Of a stretch of 36,349 nt of DNA, positions 25,901 through 35,700 are shown in pieces. The notes under the pieces are model-generated. The model saw nothing but the letters and a program-made list of their open reading frames with translations, ran no database searches and was not told where the DNA came from. Position 1 is the stretch's first letter; each line of letters opens with the position of its first letter. Source of the DNA: a virus. Its lineage: Duplodnaviria; Heunggongvirae; Uroviricota; Caudoviricetes. A program made the translations under genes and the position numbers. The stretch lies in IMG/VR virus record IMGVR_UViG_2718217867_000002, positions 1-36,349 of that record; one strand, 5' to 3'.

Positions 25901-26201
25901 GGATACACCGACGTATTTTGCTTTTGCGAAAGGTGCCGGGCTGATGGGCGAGGCCGGGCCTGAAGCTATCATGCCACTGACACGGGCAGCGGACGGCTCT
26001 CTTGGGGTCAGAGCCATTGGCAATGTGAATGGTGGCGGGGGATTTGTTTATTCTCCCGTGTATCACATCAGTATTCAGAATAAAGGGAGCAATGGCGAGA
26101 TAGATACGCAGTCAGCCAGGGGGCTGGTGGATCTGATCGACAGCAGGGTTGTGTCAATTATGCAGTCATCACGTCGGGATGGAGGATTGTACAGTGCCTG
26201 A
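22956..26201 (+). CDS. Tail tape measure protein (H-like)
   Basis: 1081 aa; Ala/Gln-rich coiled-coil; precedes M-L-K-I-J. Confidence 0.9.
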   Translation: MSVATLRELIIKISANSRSFQSEISRASRMGQDYYRTMQNGGRQSAAVSREMRRALAEVTDQINTAKSSALNMTVAFAGAFATGHLISLADEWNSVNARLKQASQSSDDFQASQRELMAISQRTGTAFSDNASLFARSAASMREYGYSSEEVLKVTEAISTGLKLSGASTAEASSVITQFSQALAQGVLRGEEFNSVNENGDRVIRALAAGMGVARKDLKAMADNGKLTADKVVPALISQLGALRDEYAAMPDTVSSSATKVENAFMAWVGGANEASGVTKTLSGVLNGIAGNIDTVATAAGALVAVRVARYFGNMASSAGSATAGLITAARNEVALAEAQLRGTQIATARARAAVYRAQQAVVAARGTERQAAAEAKLAAAQASLTRNIAARTAAQTTLNSVTSVGSRLLSGALGLVGGVPGLVMLGAAAWYTMYQNQEQARESARQYAATIDEIRQKTSAMSLPEASDNEEKTRQALKEQNRLIDEQKSKIKSLQEKIAGYQYVLANPGWTTDNGFMINHMTSVKTVTEGLAEATNQLAVEQSRLTQMQGKAQSIQDVLAGLEERRVALIRQQAAEQNKAYQSLLIMNGQHTEFNRLLGLGNELLQQRQGLVNVPLRLPQATLDDKQQTALNNSKRELALSRLKGEARERARLGYAADDLGFVGEAYQTARQNYINNSLDAWRNNQANKPKAHKKTEAEKTEDIYKRLIKQQKEQIALAGQNTELAKMKYQVSQGELSTLSEAQKKTLLQNAALIDQKKIREQLAAYESSLADSNASARASDDAQLLGYGEGSRMRERLQEMWSIRQAFEQKNNELLRQYQAGEIEEALWKQEKSLNEKYLEERLSDQQDYYAKADALRSDWNAGLQEGLTNWVDSATDYASQAADAVVSTMDGLVSNISDALAGNVVDWRNWGSSILQEVSKILMNAAIVNGLKSLSKSMSGAGGWLGTVGDWLSGAVANAKGGVYTSANLSAYSNTIVDTPTYFAFAKGAGLMGEAGPEAIMPLTRAADGSLGVRAIGNVNGGGGFVYSPVYHISIQNKGSNGEIDTQSARGLVDLIDSRVVSIMQSSRRDGGLYSA

Positions 26202-26535
26202 GCCTGAAGTTTTTAACTGGATCCCCCGTGAGGGGATGGAGACGACACGAAAGCCATCAGTTATTACGGTAAAGTTTGGTGACGGATATGAACAGCGACG
26301 GGCTGGTGGTCTGAATGCGGATCTGAAAACGTTTAAACCGGTATTTCGTGTCACAGATGAATATTCCCGTGCCGCGCTGGACAGTTTTTTATCCCGTCAT
26401 GCCGGGATTCGTGCTTTTTTGTGGCGTCCGCCAAAACACAACAGGACTGTCCGGGTTGTCTGCAGGGAGTGGAGCATTTCGGATAATGCCATGTATACCG
26501 ATTTTAACTGTACCTTTGAAGAGGTCACTCACTGA
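26194..26535 (+). CDS. Minor tail protein M
   Basis: VKFGDGYEQRRAGGLNADLKTFKPVF... resembles lambda M; GTG at 26194 after GGAGGA is preferred (the ORF track starts at 26149). Confidence 0.8.
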   Translation: MPEPEVFNWIPREGMETTRKPSVITVKFGDGYEQRRAGGLNADLKTFKPVFRVTDEYSRAALDSFLSRHAGIRAFLWRPPKHNRTVRVVCREWSISDNAMYTDFNCTFEEVTH

Positions 26536-27233
26536 TGCAGGATATACAGCAGGAAACACTCAATGAGTGCACTAAAACGGAGCAATCCGCGCTGGTCGTG
26601 CTCTGGGAAATTGATCTGACAGAGGTCGGCGGAGATCGTTATTTCTTCTGTAATGAGCAGAACGAAAAAGGTAAACCAGTCACCTGGCAGGGGCGGCAGT
26701 ATCAGGCCTATCCCATTCAGGGAAGTGGATTTGAGATGAACGGCAAAGGAGCCAGTGCAAGGCCAACGCTGACGGTTTCTAACCTGTACGGTATGGTCAC
26801 CGGCATGGTGGAAGATATGCAGAGTCTGGTCGGCGGAACGGTGGTCAGGCGTAAGGTTTACGCCCGTTTTCTGGATGCGGTGAACTTCGTCAACGGAAAC
26901 ATCGAGGCAGACCCGGAGCAGGAGGTGATCAGCCGCTGGCGCATTGAGCAGTGCAGCGAACTGAGCGCGGTGAGTGCCTCTTTTGTACTGTCCACGCCGA
27001 CGGAAACGGACGGCGCTGTTTTTCCGGGACGTATCATGCTGGCCAACACCTGTACCTGGACCTATCGCGGCGATGAGTGCGGTTATCACGGTCCGGCGGT
27101 CGCGGATGAATATGACCAGCCAACGTCCGATATCACGAAGGATAAATGCAGCAAATGCCTGAGTGGTTGCAAGTTCCGCAATAACGTCGGCAATTTTGGC
27201 GGCTACCTTTCCATTAACAAACTTTCGCAGTAA
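26535..27233 (+). CDS. Minor tail protein L
   Basis: 232 aa; near-identical in places to lambda L (MQDIQQETLNECTKTEQSALVVLWEIDLTEVGG...). Confidence 0.9.
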   Translation: MQDIQQETLNECTKTEQSALVVLWEIDLTEVGGDRYFFCNEQNEKGKPVTWQGRQYQAYPIQGSGFEMNGKGASARPTLTVSNLYGMVTGMVEDMQSLVGGTVVRRKVYARFLDAVNFVNGNIEADPEQEVISRWRIEQCSELSAVSASFVLSTPTETDGAVFPGRIMLANTCTWTYRGDECGYHGPAVADEYDQPTSDITKDKCSKCLSGCKFRNNVGNFGGYLSINKLSQ

Positions 27234-27237
27234 ACCC

Positions 27238-27981
27238 ATGACAGAGACAGAATCAGCGATTCTGGCGCACGCCCGGCGATGTGCGCCAGCGGAGTCGTGC
27301 GGCTTCGTGGTGAGAACGCCGGAGGGGGACAGATATTTTCCCTGCGTGAATATCTCCGGTGAGCCGGAGGCGTATTTCCGGATGTCGCCGGAGGACTGGC
27401 TGCGTGCACAAATGCAGGGTGAGATTGTGGCGCTGGTCCACAGCCACCCCGGTGGTCTGCCCTGGCTGAGTGAGGCCGACCGGCGGCTGCAGGTGCAGAG
27501 TGATTTGCCGTGGTGGCTGGTCTGCCGGGGGACGATTCATAAGTTCCGCTGTGTGCCGCATCTCACCGGGCGGCGCTTTGAGCACGGGGTGACGGACTGT
27601 TACACGCTGTTCCGGGATGCTTATCATCTGGCGGGGATTGAGATGCCGGATTTTCATCGCGGGGATGACTGGTGGCGTCACGGTCAGAATCTCTATCTGG
27701 ATAATCTGGAGGCCACAGGGCTGTATCAGGTGCCGTTGTCAGCGGCGCAGCCGGGCGATGTGCTGCTGTGCTGTTTTGGTTCATCGGTGCCGAATCATGC
27801 CGCCATTTACTGTGGTGATGGCGAGCTGCTGCACCATATTCCTGAACAACTGAGCAAACGAGAGAGGTACACCGACAAATGGCAGCGACGCACACACTCC
27901 CTCTGGCGTCACCGGGCATGGCACGCATCTGCCTTTACGGGGATTTACAACGATTTGGCCGCCGCATCGACCTTCGAGTGA
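27238..27981 (+). CDS. Tail assembly protein K (MPN/JAB metalloprotease plus NlpC/P60 domains)
   Basis: HSHPGG (JAMM-like) and Cys/His peptidase region; the ATG at 27238 is chosen over the longer ORF-track start at 27163. Confidence 0.85.
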   Translation: MTETESAILAHARRCAPAESCGFVVRTPEGDRYFPCVNISGEPEAYFRMSPEDWLRAQMQGEIVALVHSHPGGLPWLSEADRRLQVQSDLPWWLVCRGTIHKFRCVPHLTGRRFEHGVTDCYTLFRDAYHLAGIEMPDFHRGDDWWRHGQNLYLDNLEATGLYQVPLSAAQPGDVLLCCFGSSVPNHAAIYCGDGELLHHIPEQLSKRERYTDKWQRRTHSLWRHRAWHASAFTGIYNDLAAASTFE

Positions 27982-28526
27982 AAACGGGGTCCGAAGCCAT
28001 CCGGGCGCTGGCCATGCAGATCCCGGCGTTTCGTCAGAAACTGAGCGACGGCTGGTACCAGGTACGCATTGCCGGGCGTGATGCAGGTGAAACCGAATTG
28101 TCTGCCCGTCTTAATGAGCCGCTGGCAAATGGTGCCGTGATCCACATCGTGCCGCGTCTGGCGGGAGCTAAAAGTGGCGGTGTGTTTCAGGTGGTGCTGG
28201 GGGCGGCGCTGATTGCGGTGGCATGGTGGAACCCTGTGGGCTGGCTGGGTGCCGCGGCTGTATCGGGCATGTATGCGGCAGGGGCCAGTATGATCCTGGG
28301 CGGAGTGGCGCAGATGCTGGCACCGAAAGCCAGGACGCCCACGGCAGCAAGTACAGATAACGGCAAACAGAACACCTATTTCTCCTCACTGGATAACATG
28401 GTTGCCCAGGGCAATGTTCTGCCCGTTCTGTACGGTGAAATGCGCGTGGGGTCGCGGGTGGTCTCTCAGGAGATCAGCACGGCAGACGAAGGGGATAGTG
28501 GTCAGGTTGTGGTGATTGGTCGCTGA
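27879..28526 (+). CDS. Tail assembly protein I
   Basis: 215 aa; closely resembles lambda I (MAATHTLPLASPGMARICLYGDLQRFGRRIDLRVKTG...); overlaps K as in lambda. Confidence 0.85.
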   Translation: MAATHTLPLASPGMARICLYGDLQRFGRRIDLRVKTGSEAIRALAMQIPAFRQKLSDGWYQVRIAGRDAGETELSARLNEPLANGAVIHIVPRLAGAKSGGVFQVVLGAALIAVAWWNPVGWLGAAAVSGMYAAGASMILGGVAQMLAPKARTPTAASTDNGKQNTYFSSLDNMVAQGNVLPVLYGEMRVGSRVVSQEISTADEGDSGQVVVIGR

Positions 28527-28586
28527 TGCAAAATGTTTTATGTGAAACCGCCTGCGGGCGGTTTTGTCGTTTATGGAGCGTGACGA

Positions 28587-31500
28587 ATGGGTAAAGGCAG
28601 CAGTAAGGGGCATACCCCGCGCGAAGCGAAGGACAACCTGAAGTCCACGCAGCTGCTGAGTGTGATCGATGCCATCAGCGAAGGGCCGGTTGAAGGTCCG
28701 GTGGATGGATTAAAAAGCGTGCTGCTGAACAGTACGCCGGTGCTGGACAGTGAGGGGAATACCAATATCTCCGGCGTCACGGTGGTGTTCCGGGCAGGTG
28801 AGCAGGAGCAGACACCGCCGGAGGGATTTGAATCCTCCGGCTCCGAGACGGTGCTGGGTACGGAAGTGAAATATGACACGCCGATCACCCGGACCATCAC
28901 GTCGGCAAACATTGACCGTCTGCGTTTTACTTTCGGCGTGCAGGCACTGGTGGAAACCACCTCAAAGGGTGATCGGAATCCGTCGGAAGTCCGCCTGCTG
29001 GTTCAGATACAGCGTAACGGTGGCTGGGTGACGGAAAAAGACATCACCATTAAGGGCAAAACCACCTCGCAGTATCTGGCCTCGGTGGTGGTGGATAACC
29101 TGCCGCCGCGCCCGTTTAATATCCGGATGCGCAGGATGACGCCGGACAGCACCACAGACCAGCTGCAGAACAAAACGCTCTGGTCGTCATACACCGAAAT
29201 CATCGATGTGAAACAGTGCTACCCGAACACGGCACTGGTCGGTGTGCAGGTGGACTCGGAGCAGTTCGGCAGCCAGCAGGTGAGCCGTAATTATCATCTT
29301 CGCGGGCGCATTCTGCAGGTGCCGTCGAACTATAACCCGCAGACGCGGCAATACAGCGGTATCTGGGACGGAACGTTTAAGCCAGCATACAGCAACAATA
29401 TGGCCTGGTGTCTGTGGGATATGCTGACCCACCCGCGCTACGGCATGGGGAAACGTCTTGGTGCGGCGGATGTGGATAAATGGGCGCTGTATGTCATCGG
29501 CCAGAATTGCGATCAGTCGGTGCCGGACGGCTTTGGCGGCACGGAGCCGCGCATCACCTGTAACGCTTACCTGACCACACAGCGCAAGGCGTGGGATGTG
29601 CTCAGTGATTTCTGCTCGGCGATGCGCTGTATGCCGGTATGGAACGGGCAGACGCTGACGTTCGTGCAGGACCGACAGTCGGATAAGGTGTGGACCTATA
29701 ACCGCAGTAATGTGGTGATGCCGGATGATGGCGCGCCGTTCCGCTACAGCTTCAGCGCCCTGAAGGACCGCCATAATGCCGTTGAGGTGAACTGGATTGA
29801 CCCGAACAACGGCTGGGAGACGGCGACAGAGCTTGTTGAAGATACGCAGGCCATTGCCCGTTACGGTCGTAATGTCACGAAGATGGATGCCTTTGGCTGT
29901 ACCAGCCGGGGGCAGGCACACCGCGCCGGGCTGTGGCTGATTAAAACGGAGCTGCTGGAAACGCAGACCGTGGACTTCAGCGTGGGTGCTGAAGGGCTTC
30001 GCCATGTACCGGGCGATGTCATTGAAATCTGCGATGATGACTATGCCGGTATCAGCACCGGCGGGCGCGTGCTGGCGGTGAACAGCCAGACCCGGACGCT
30101 GACGCTCGACCGTGAAATCACGCTGCCATCCTCCGGTACCACGCTGATAAGCCTGGTTGACGGAAGTGGCAATCCGGTCAGCGTGGAGGTCCAGTCCGTC
30201 ACCGACGGCGTGAAGGTAAAAGTGAGCCGTGTTCCTGACGGCGTTGCAGAATACAGCGTGTGGGGGCTGAAGTTGCCGACGTTGCGCCAGCGCCTGTTCC
30301 GCTGCGTGAGTATCCGTGAGAACGATGACGGCACGTATGCCATCACTGCCGTGCAGCATGCACCGGAAAAAGAGGCCATCGTGGATAACGGGGCGCACTT
30401 TGACGGCGACCAGAGCGGCACGGTGAATGGTGTCACGCCGCCAGCGGTGCAGCACCTGACTGCCGAAGTCACCGCAGACAGCGGGGAGTATCAGGTACTG
30501 GCCCGCTGGGACACGCCGAAGGTGGTGAAGGGTGTGAGCTTTATGCTTCGCCTGACCGTGGCAGCGGACGACGGCAGTGAGCGGCTGGTCAGCACGGCCC
30601 GGACGACGGAAACCACATATCGCTTCAGGCAGCTGGCGCTGGGAAATTACAGGCTGACAGTCCGGGCGGTAAATGCATGGGGACAGCAGGGCGATCCTGC
30701 GTCGGTATCGTTCCGGATTGCCGTACCGGCAGCACCGTCGCGGATTGAGCTGACGCCGGGCTATTTTCAGATAACCGCAACGCCGCATCTTGCCGTTTAT
30801 GATCCGACGGTACAGTTTGAGTTCTGGTTCTCGGAAAAGCGGATTACCGATATCAGGCAGGTTGAAACCACAGCCCGCTATCTTGGCACGGGGCTGTACT
30901 GGATAGCTGCCAGTATCAATATTAAGCCGGGCCATGATTATTATTTTTACGTTCGCAGTGTGAACACCGTCGGCAAATCGGCATTCGTGGAGGCTGTCGG
31001 TCGGGCGAGCGATGATGCGGAAGGTTACCTGGATTTTTTCAAAGGCAAGATAACCGAATCCCATCTCGGCAAGGAGCTGCTGGAAAAAGTCGAGCTGACG
31101 GAGGATAACGCCAGCAGACTGGAGGAGTTTTCGAAAGAGTGGAAGGACGCCAACGATAAGTGGAATGCCATGTGGGCTGTCAAAATTGAGCAGACCAAAG
31201 ACGGCAAACATTATGTCGCGGGTATTGGCCTCAGCATGGAGGACACGGAGGAAGGCAAACTGAGCCAGTTTCTGGTTGCCGCTAACCGTATCGCATTTAT
31301 TGACCCGGCAAACGGGAATGAAACGCCGATGTTTGTGGCGCAGGGCAATCAGATATTCATGAACGACGTGTTCCTGAAACGCCTGACGGCACCCACCATT
31401 ACCAGCGGTGGCAGTCCTCCGGTATTTTCCCTGACATCAGACGGAAAGCTGACCGCTAAAAATGCGGATATCAGTGGCAGTGTGAATGCGAACTCCGGGA

Positions 31501-32000
31501 CGCTCAACAACGTCACGATAAATGAAAACTGTACGATTAAGGGCATGCTGGAGGCGAATCAGGTCAGAGGTGATTTTGTTAAAACAGTATCCAAATCATT
31601 CCCGAAAAAGGCTGGTACGTGGGGTAACACGGAAACACCAGACGGGACGGTTACAGTCACCATCAGCGATGATCATAACTTTGACCGTCAAATCATTATT
31701 CCGCCCATTATCTTTAACGGTATAGCGTATGACGATCCGGGAAGTGGTGATAACCCGGGAGGTACAAGGTACACGGGGTATGGTTTTGAAGTTCGCAAAA
31801 ACGGCGTATTAATCGCATCCAGAGAAACTAAAGGGGCCATTCCCGGTAGTTACAGTGCGGTTATTGATATGCCGAGTGGCAGGGGAAGCGTCACTCTGGA
31901 GTTTAAGATTTTCCAGAAAGGCAATCAGGGGGCAGGCAATATCACCGACTGTACGGTGATTGTGACCAAAAAGGCTGCTTCCGGCATCAGTATTCGTTGA
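28587..32000 (+). CDS. Host specificity protein J (central tail fibre / tip attachment protein)
   Basis: 1137 aa; N-terminus [43 protein letters not shown] as in lambda J. Confidence 0.95.
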   Translation: MGKGSSKGHTPREAKDNLKSTQLLSVIDAISEGPVEGPVDGLKSVLLNSTPVLDSEGNTNISGVTVVFRAGEQEQTPPEGFESSGSETVLGTEVKYDTPITRTITSANIDRLRFTFGVQALVETTSKGDRNPSEVRLLVQIQRNGGWVTEKDITIKGKTTSQYLASVVVDNLPPRPFNIRMRRMTPDSTTDQLQNKTLWSSYTEIIDVKQCYPNTALVGVQVDSEQFGSQQVSRNYHLRGRILQVPSNYNPQTRQYSGIWDGTFKPAYSNNMAWCLWDMLTHPRYGMGKRLGAADVDKWALYVIGQNCDQSVPDGFGGTEPRITCNAYLTTQRKAWDVLSDFCSAMRCMPVWNGQTLTFVQDRQSDKVWTYNRSNVVMPDDGAPFRYSFSALKDRHNAVEVNWIDPNNGWETATELVEDTQAIARYGRNVTKMDAFGCTSRGQAHRAGLWLIKTELLETQTVDFSVGAEGLRHVPGDVIEICDDDYAGISTGGRVLAVNSQTRTLTLDREITLPSSGTTLISLVDGSGNPVSVEVQSVTDGVKVKVSRVPDGVAEYSVWGLKLPTLRQRLFRCVSIRENDDGTYAITAVQHAPEKEAIVDNGAHFDGDQSGTVNGVTPPAVQHLTAEVTADSGEYQVLARWDTPKVVKGVSFMLRLTVAADDGSERLVSTARTTETTYRFRQLALGNYRLTVRAVNAWGQQGDPASVSFRIAVPAAPSRIELTPGYFQITATPHLAVYDPTVQFEFWFSEKRITDIRQVETTARYLGTGLYWIAASINIKPGHDYYFYVRSVNTVGKSAFVEAVGRASDDAEGYLDFFKGKITESHLGKELLEKVELTEDNASRLEEFSKEWKDANDKWNAMWAVKIEQTKDGKHYVAGIGLSMEDTEEGKLSQFLVAANRIAFIDPANGNETPMFVAQGNQIFMNDVFLKRLTAPTITSGGSPPVFSLTSDGKLTAKNADISGSVNANSGTLNNVTINENCTIKGMLEANQVRGDFVKTVSKSFPKKAGTWGNTETPDGTVTVTISDDHNFDRQIIIPPIIFNGIAYDDPGSGDNPGGTRYTGYGFEVRKNGVLIASRETKGAIPGSYSAVIDMPSGRGSVTLEFKIFQKGNQGAGNITDCTVIVTKKAASGISIR

Positions 32001-32022
32001 AATTGTTATAACCCCAATAAAG

Positions 32023-32047
32023 GGCGTCAGGAATGACGCCTTTTTTA
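32023..32047 (+). terminator. Intrinsic terminator after J
   Basis: GGCGTCA-ggaa-TGACGCC followed by TTTTTT. Confidence 0.6.
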
Positions 32048-32070
32048 TTGCAGAAAAGCGAGAGGTAATT

Positions 32071-32670
32071 ATGCGTAAAGTTTGTGCAGCCATTTTGTCC
32101 GCAGCCATCTGTCTGGTCGTATCCGGTGCGCCTGCATGGGCGTCTGAACATCAGTCCACGCTGAGCGCGGGGTATCTTCATGCCCCGACGAACGTTCCCG
32201 GCAGCGATGATCTTAACGGGATTAACGTGAAATACCGTTATGAGTTTACGGGCACGCTGGGGATGGTGACGTCATTCAGCTATGCAGAAGACAAGAATCG
32301 CCAGTTGACCCATTACAGCGATACCCGCTGGCATGAAGATTCCGTGCGTAACCGCTGGTTCAGCGTGATGGCGGGGCCGTCTGTGCGCGTGAATGAATGG
32401 TTCAGCGCGTATGCGATGGCGGGTATGGCTTACAGCCGTGTTTCGACTTTTTCCGGGGATTATCTCCGCGTAACTGACAACAAGGGGAAAACGCACGATG
32501 TGCTGACCGGAAGTGATGACGGTCGCCGCAGCAACACGTCTCTGGCGTGGGGGGCTGGCGTGCAGTTTAACCCGACCGAATCCGTGGCCATTGATATTGC
32601 TTATGAAGGCTCCGGCAGTGGCGACTGGCGCACTGACGGTTTCATCGTGGGTGTCGGTTATAAATTCTGA
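32071..32670 (+). CDS. lom: Lom outer-membrane beta-barrel protein (Ail/Lom family)
   Basis: 199 aa; signal peptide; alternating beta-strand pattern; C-terminal GVGYKF. Confidence 0.9.
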   Translation: MRKVCAAILSAAICLVVSGAPAWASEHQSTLSAGYLHAPTNVPGSDDLNGINVKYRYEFTGTLGMVTSFSYAEDKNRQLTHYSDTRWHEDSVRNRWFSVMAGPSVRVNEWFSAYAMAGMAYSRVSTFSGDYLRVTDNKGKTHDVLTGSDDGRRSNTSLAWGAGVQFNPTESVAIDIAYEGSGSGDWRTDGFIVGVGYKF

Positions 32671-32696
32671 TTAGCCAGGTAACACAGTGTTATGAC

Positions 32697-32723
32697 AGCC
32701 CGCCGGTTCAGGCGGGCTTTTTT
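32697..32723 (+). terminator. Intrinsic terminator after lom
   Basis: AGCCCGCC-ggttca-GGCGGGCT followed by TTTTTTG. Confidence 0.6.
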
Positions 32724-32734
32724 GTGGGGTGAAT

Positions 32735-35700
32735 ATGGCAGTAAAGATTTCAGGTGTACTGAAAGACGGTGCAGGTAAACCGGTACAGAACTGCACAATC
32801 CAGCTGAAAGCAAAACGTAACAGCACCACGGTGGTGGTGAACACGGTGGCATCTGAAAATCCGGATGAAGCCGGGCGTTACAGCATGGACGTTGAGTACG
32901 GTCAGTACAGCGTTATTCTGTTGGTGGAAGGCTTCCCGCCATCGCATGCCGGGACCATCACCGTGTATGAAGACTCACAACCGGGTACGCTGAATGATTT
33001 TCTCGGTGCCATGACGGAGGATGATGCCCGTCCGGAGGCACTGCGCCGCTTTGAACTGATGGTGGAAGAGGTGGCGCGTAACGCGTCCGCAGTGGCACAG
33101 AACACGGCAGCCGCGAAGAAGTCAGCCAGCGATGCCGGCACATCAGCCCGTGAGGCGGCAACCCATGCGACTGATGCTGCAGGCTCAGCACGTGCAGCCA
33201 GCACATCAGCCGGGCAGGCCGCGACGTCGGCTCAGTCAGCGTCTTCCAGCGCAGGAACGGCATCAACAAAGGCTACTGAAGCATCAAAAAGTGCTGCCGC
33301 TGCAGAGTCCTCAAAAAGCACTGCAGCCACCAGTGCCGGTGCCGCGAAAACGTCTGAAACGAATGCTGCAGCGTCACAAAAATCTGCAGCCACTTCTGCA
33401 TCCACCGCGACCACGAAAGCGTCAGAAGCTGCCACCTCAGCCCGGGATGCGGCGGCCTCAAAAGAGGCAGCGAAATCATCAGAAACGAACGCATCATCAA
33501 GTGCCAGTAGTGCAGCTTCCTCGGCAACGGCGGCAGGAAATTCCGCGAAGGCCGCAAAAACGTCTGAGACGAATGCGGATAACAGCGCACAGGCGGCAGC
33601 GGCCTCACAAACTGCATCGGCAAACTCCGCGACAGCAGCCAAAAAATCAGAAACCAACGCGAAAAATAGCGAGGCAGCAGCAAAAAGCAGCGAAACCAAC
33701 GCTAAAGCCAGCGAAACTAATGCTAAATCCAGTGAAACAAACGCGGCGAAATCTGCGGCGGACGCACTTAATTATCGCAACCAGGCACAATCAATTGTTG
33801 GTAACAATATTGGGCTTGGTGAAGTTGCCATGACCTGCACTGATATCTCTGTTGAGCCATCAGGTTATATTGGATTTGTCAGGATTTACATCTCAGCGAA
33901 AGGTTATCCATCAGTAGCGTCTAGTGCCGGGGATAATCTTATTTCTGGTTATATAGTTAGATCAGAAGTGTCAACAAAAAGATATTCCGGTCTATTTGTT
34001 GGTTCAGATACAAAATCATTGTATTCGTACATTTACAGCCAAAGTTCTGGCCCGCAATGGACCCGTCACGCAAGAAAGGATGAAGTAAGCCGCTTTAGTC
34101 AAAATGAATCAACAACTCGCGTATATGGCCCAACTGGTGATCGTTTCCTTGAAATCCATACAAACGGGAATTGGGGGGTTTATAATTCTTCTTCTGGAAA
34201 ATGGTCTCCGTTAGGTTTAGCCCAGGGTGGCACTGGCGCAAATAGCCTTAATGACGCCAAAACTAATTTGCAAATTCCTGAGGGTGGATTAACCAAAGCT
34301 ATAACCTTGCAAGCGCCAGAAGGTGCAGAGGATGGCAAATACTACCCTGTCATAATAGACACATCCGCAATGGAAGGTTACGGCAACCTGGCATGTCCTA
34401 TTGATATAAAAACAGCAGGGCGTTCAGCATCAGACCCGATGAATAGTAATACATTTAGTGGATATTTTCGATGCGGTGGCTGGAGCGACACCAGAGATAT
34501 AGCTTGCGGCTCATTTGTTGCCTATGACAAAAATGAGCTAGGGATACTTTGCCTTAAAGTATCGCAGAAAGATTACCCGCAATATGTAGCGTTCTATATC
34601 CATAAATCCGCTTTCCCGATATTATTGCAAACAGGCTTTAAAGCGCGAGTTACTGTACCAAAAGAAGATTATATACTCGGCACAAACGGCGTTAAATATA
34701 AATTTGGTGTATCAACGTCAACAGAGGGTAACGCCGAGAACTCTGTTAAAAATGCTCTCGATTTCACTGGCGGTGAAAGCGGGTTTTATAGCAACCTGCC
34801 GTTCCGGCAAGGCTACGCCTATAATGTCGCATTAACAAACGGGATTGTTCTTGATAATAATTTTGTCTTAACCGCTCCAGTATTTATGAACAATGGCGAG
34901 GTTAAAGCAACAAAATCTTTCACCGCGTACGGTACGGACGTTTCAAACAGAACATTTGTTTCTCAAAGATTACAATCCGAAGGAGGTCCGGTTGTCGATC
35001 AAACTGAACTAAGGGCTGGTAACGGGCAAGGTGAAATTGTTGTCAGGGACATAAATAATTCAGGGAACAGTAAATTCTTTAATTTTAACCTTGATGGTAC
35101 CTTCAGTTCTTATCAGGGATTGGTTGTTCACACAGGGCAAAACTGGAGCACTCAACATACAGAGAATGTAAATAAGTTTAAGCCAATAGCAGGGAGCGCA
35201 GGCGGTCCTGACGGAACAATGGTTGTTGGCGGGTTCCATGCTCAATTTAGCGGTAATTACGTCACACAATTCGCCGGTCGCAACTCCAAATTTTGGGCAA
35301 GAAGCTTTGAGGCTGGGGTTGATAAGGGATGGAAACGACTATTAACAGTAGACGATCTCAATTCATCTACCGATCTTGCTGTCAGGTCATTAACCACATC
35401 TAACCCGGTAAAATCTGGCGGAGGGCGGATTGATGTCCTTGGAAGCACGTCAGACTATAGCAAAATGGATTGCTTTGTACGTGGGTTTGATAGCACCGGT
35501 AATTCTCTCGCGTGGGCGTTGGGTTCATCAGTCGGCGTAAGTAAGATGCTGTCGCTAAAAAATTTCTTTAGCGGAGCTGAGATACTGTTAAATGGTAATG
35601 ACGGCGCGGTTCAACTCAAAACAGGTGCTGTTAACGGGGCTAAAGCGCAGGCGCTCACTATCAACAAGGATGAGGTTAACTCAACTGTTGATTTAACTCT

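Noticed and set aside
23019-26066. Multiple short ORFs antisense to or out of frame within the tape measure gene
   Set aside because: The tape measure ORF is continuous for 1081 aa with coiled-coil character; the embedded ORFs lack start signals.
29187-31211. 674-aa ORF antisense to gene J
   Set aside because: It is codon-aligned with J on the opposite strand, so stops appear only where J uses TTA, CTA or TCA, which it avoids. The product is Arg/Leu/Ala/His-rich with no start context. Codon-usage artefact.
33132-33833. Several overlapping ORFs on both strands inside the stf repeat region (33132..33833, 33232..33699, 33273..33683)
   Set aside because: Generated by the GC-rich, low-complexity Ala/Ser/Thr repeat coding sequence; the stf frame has the lambda Stf homology.
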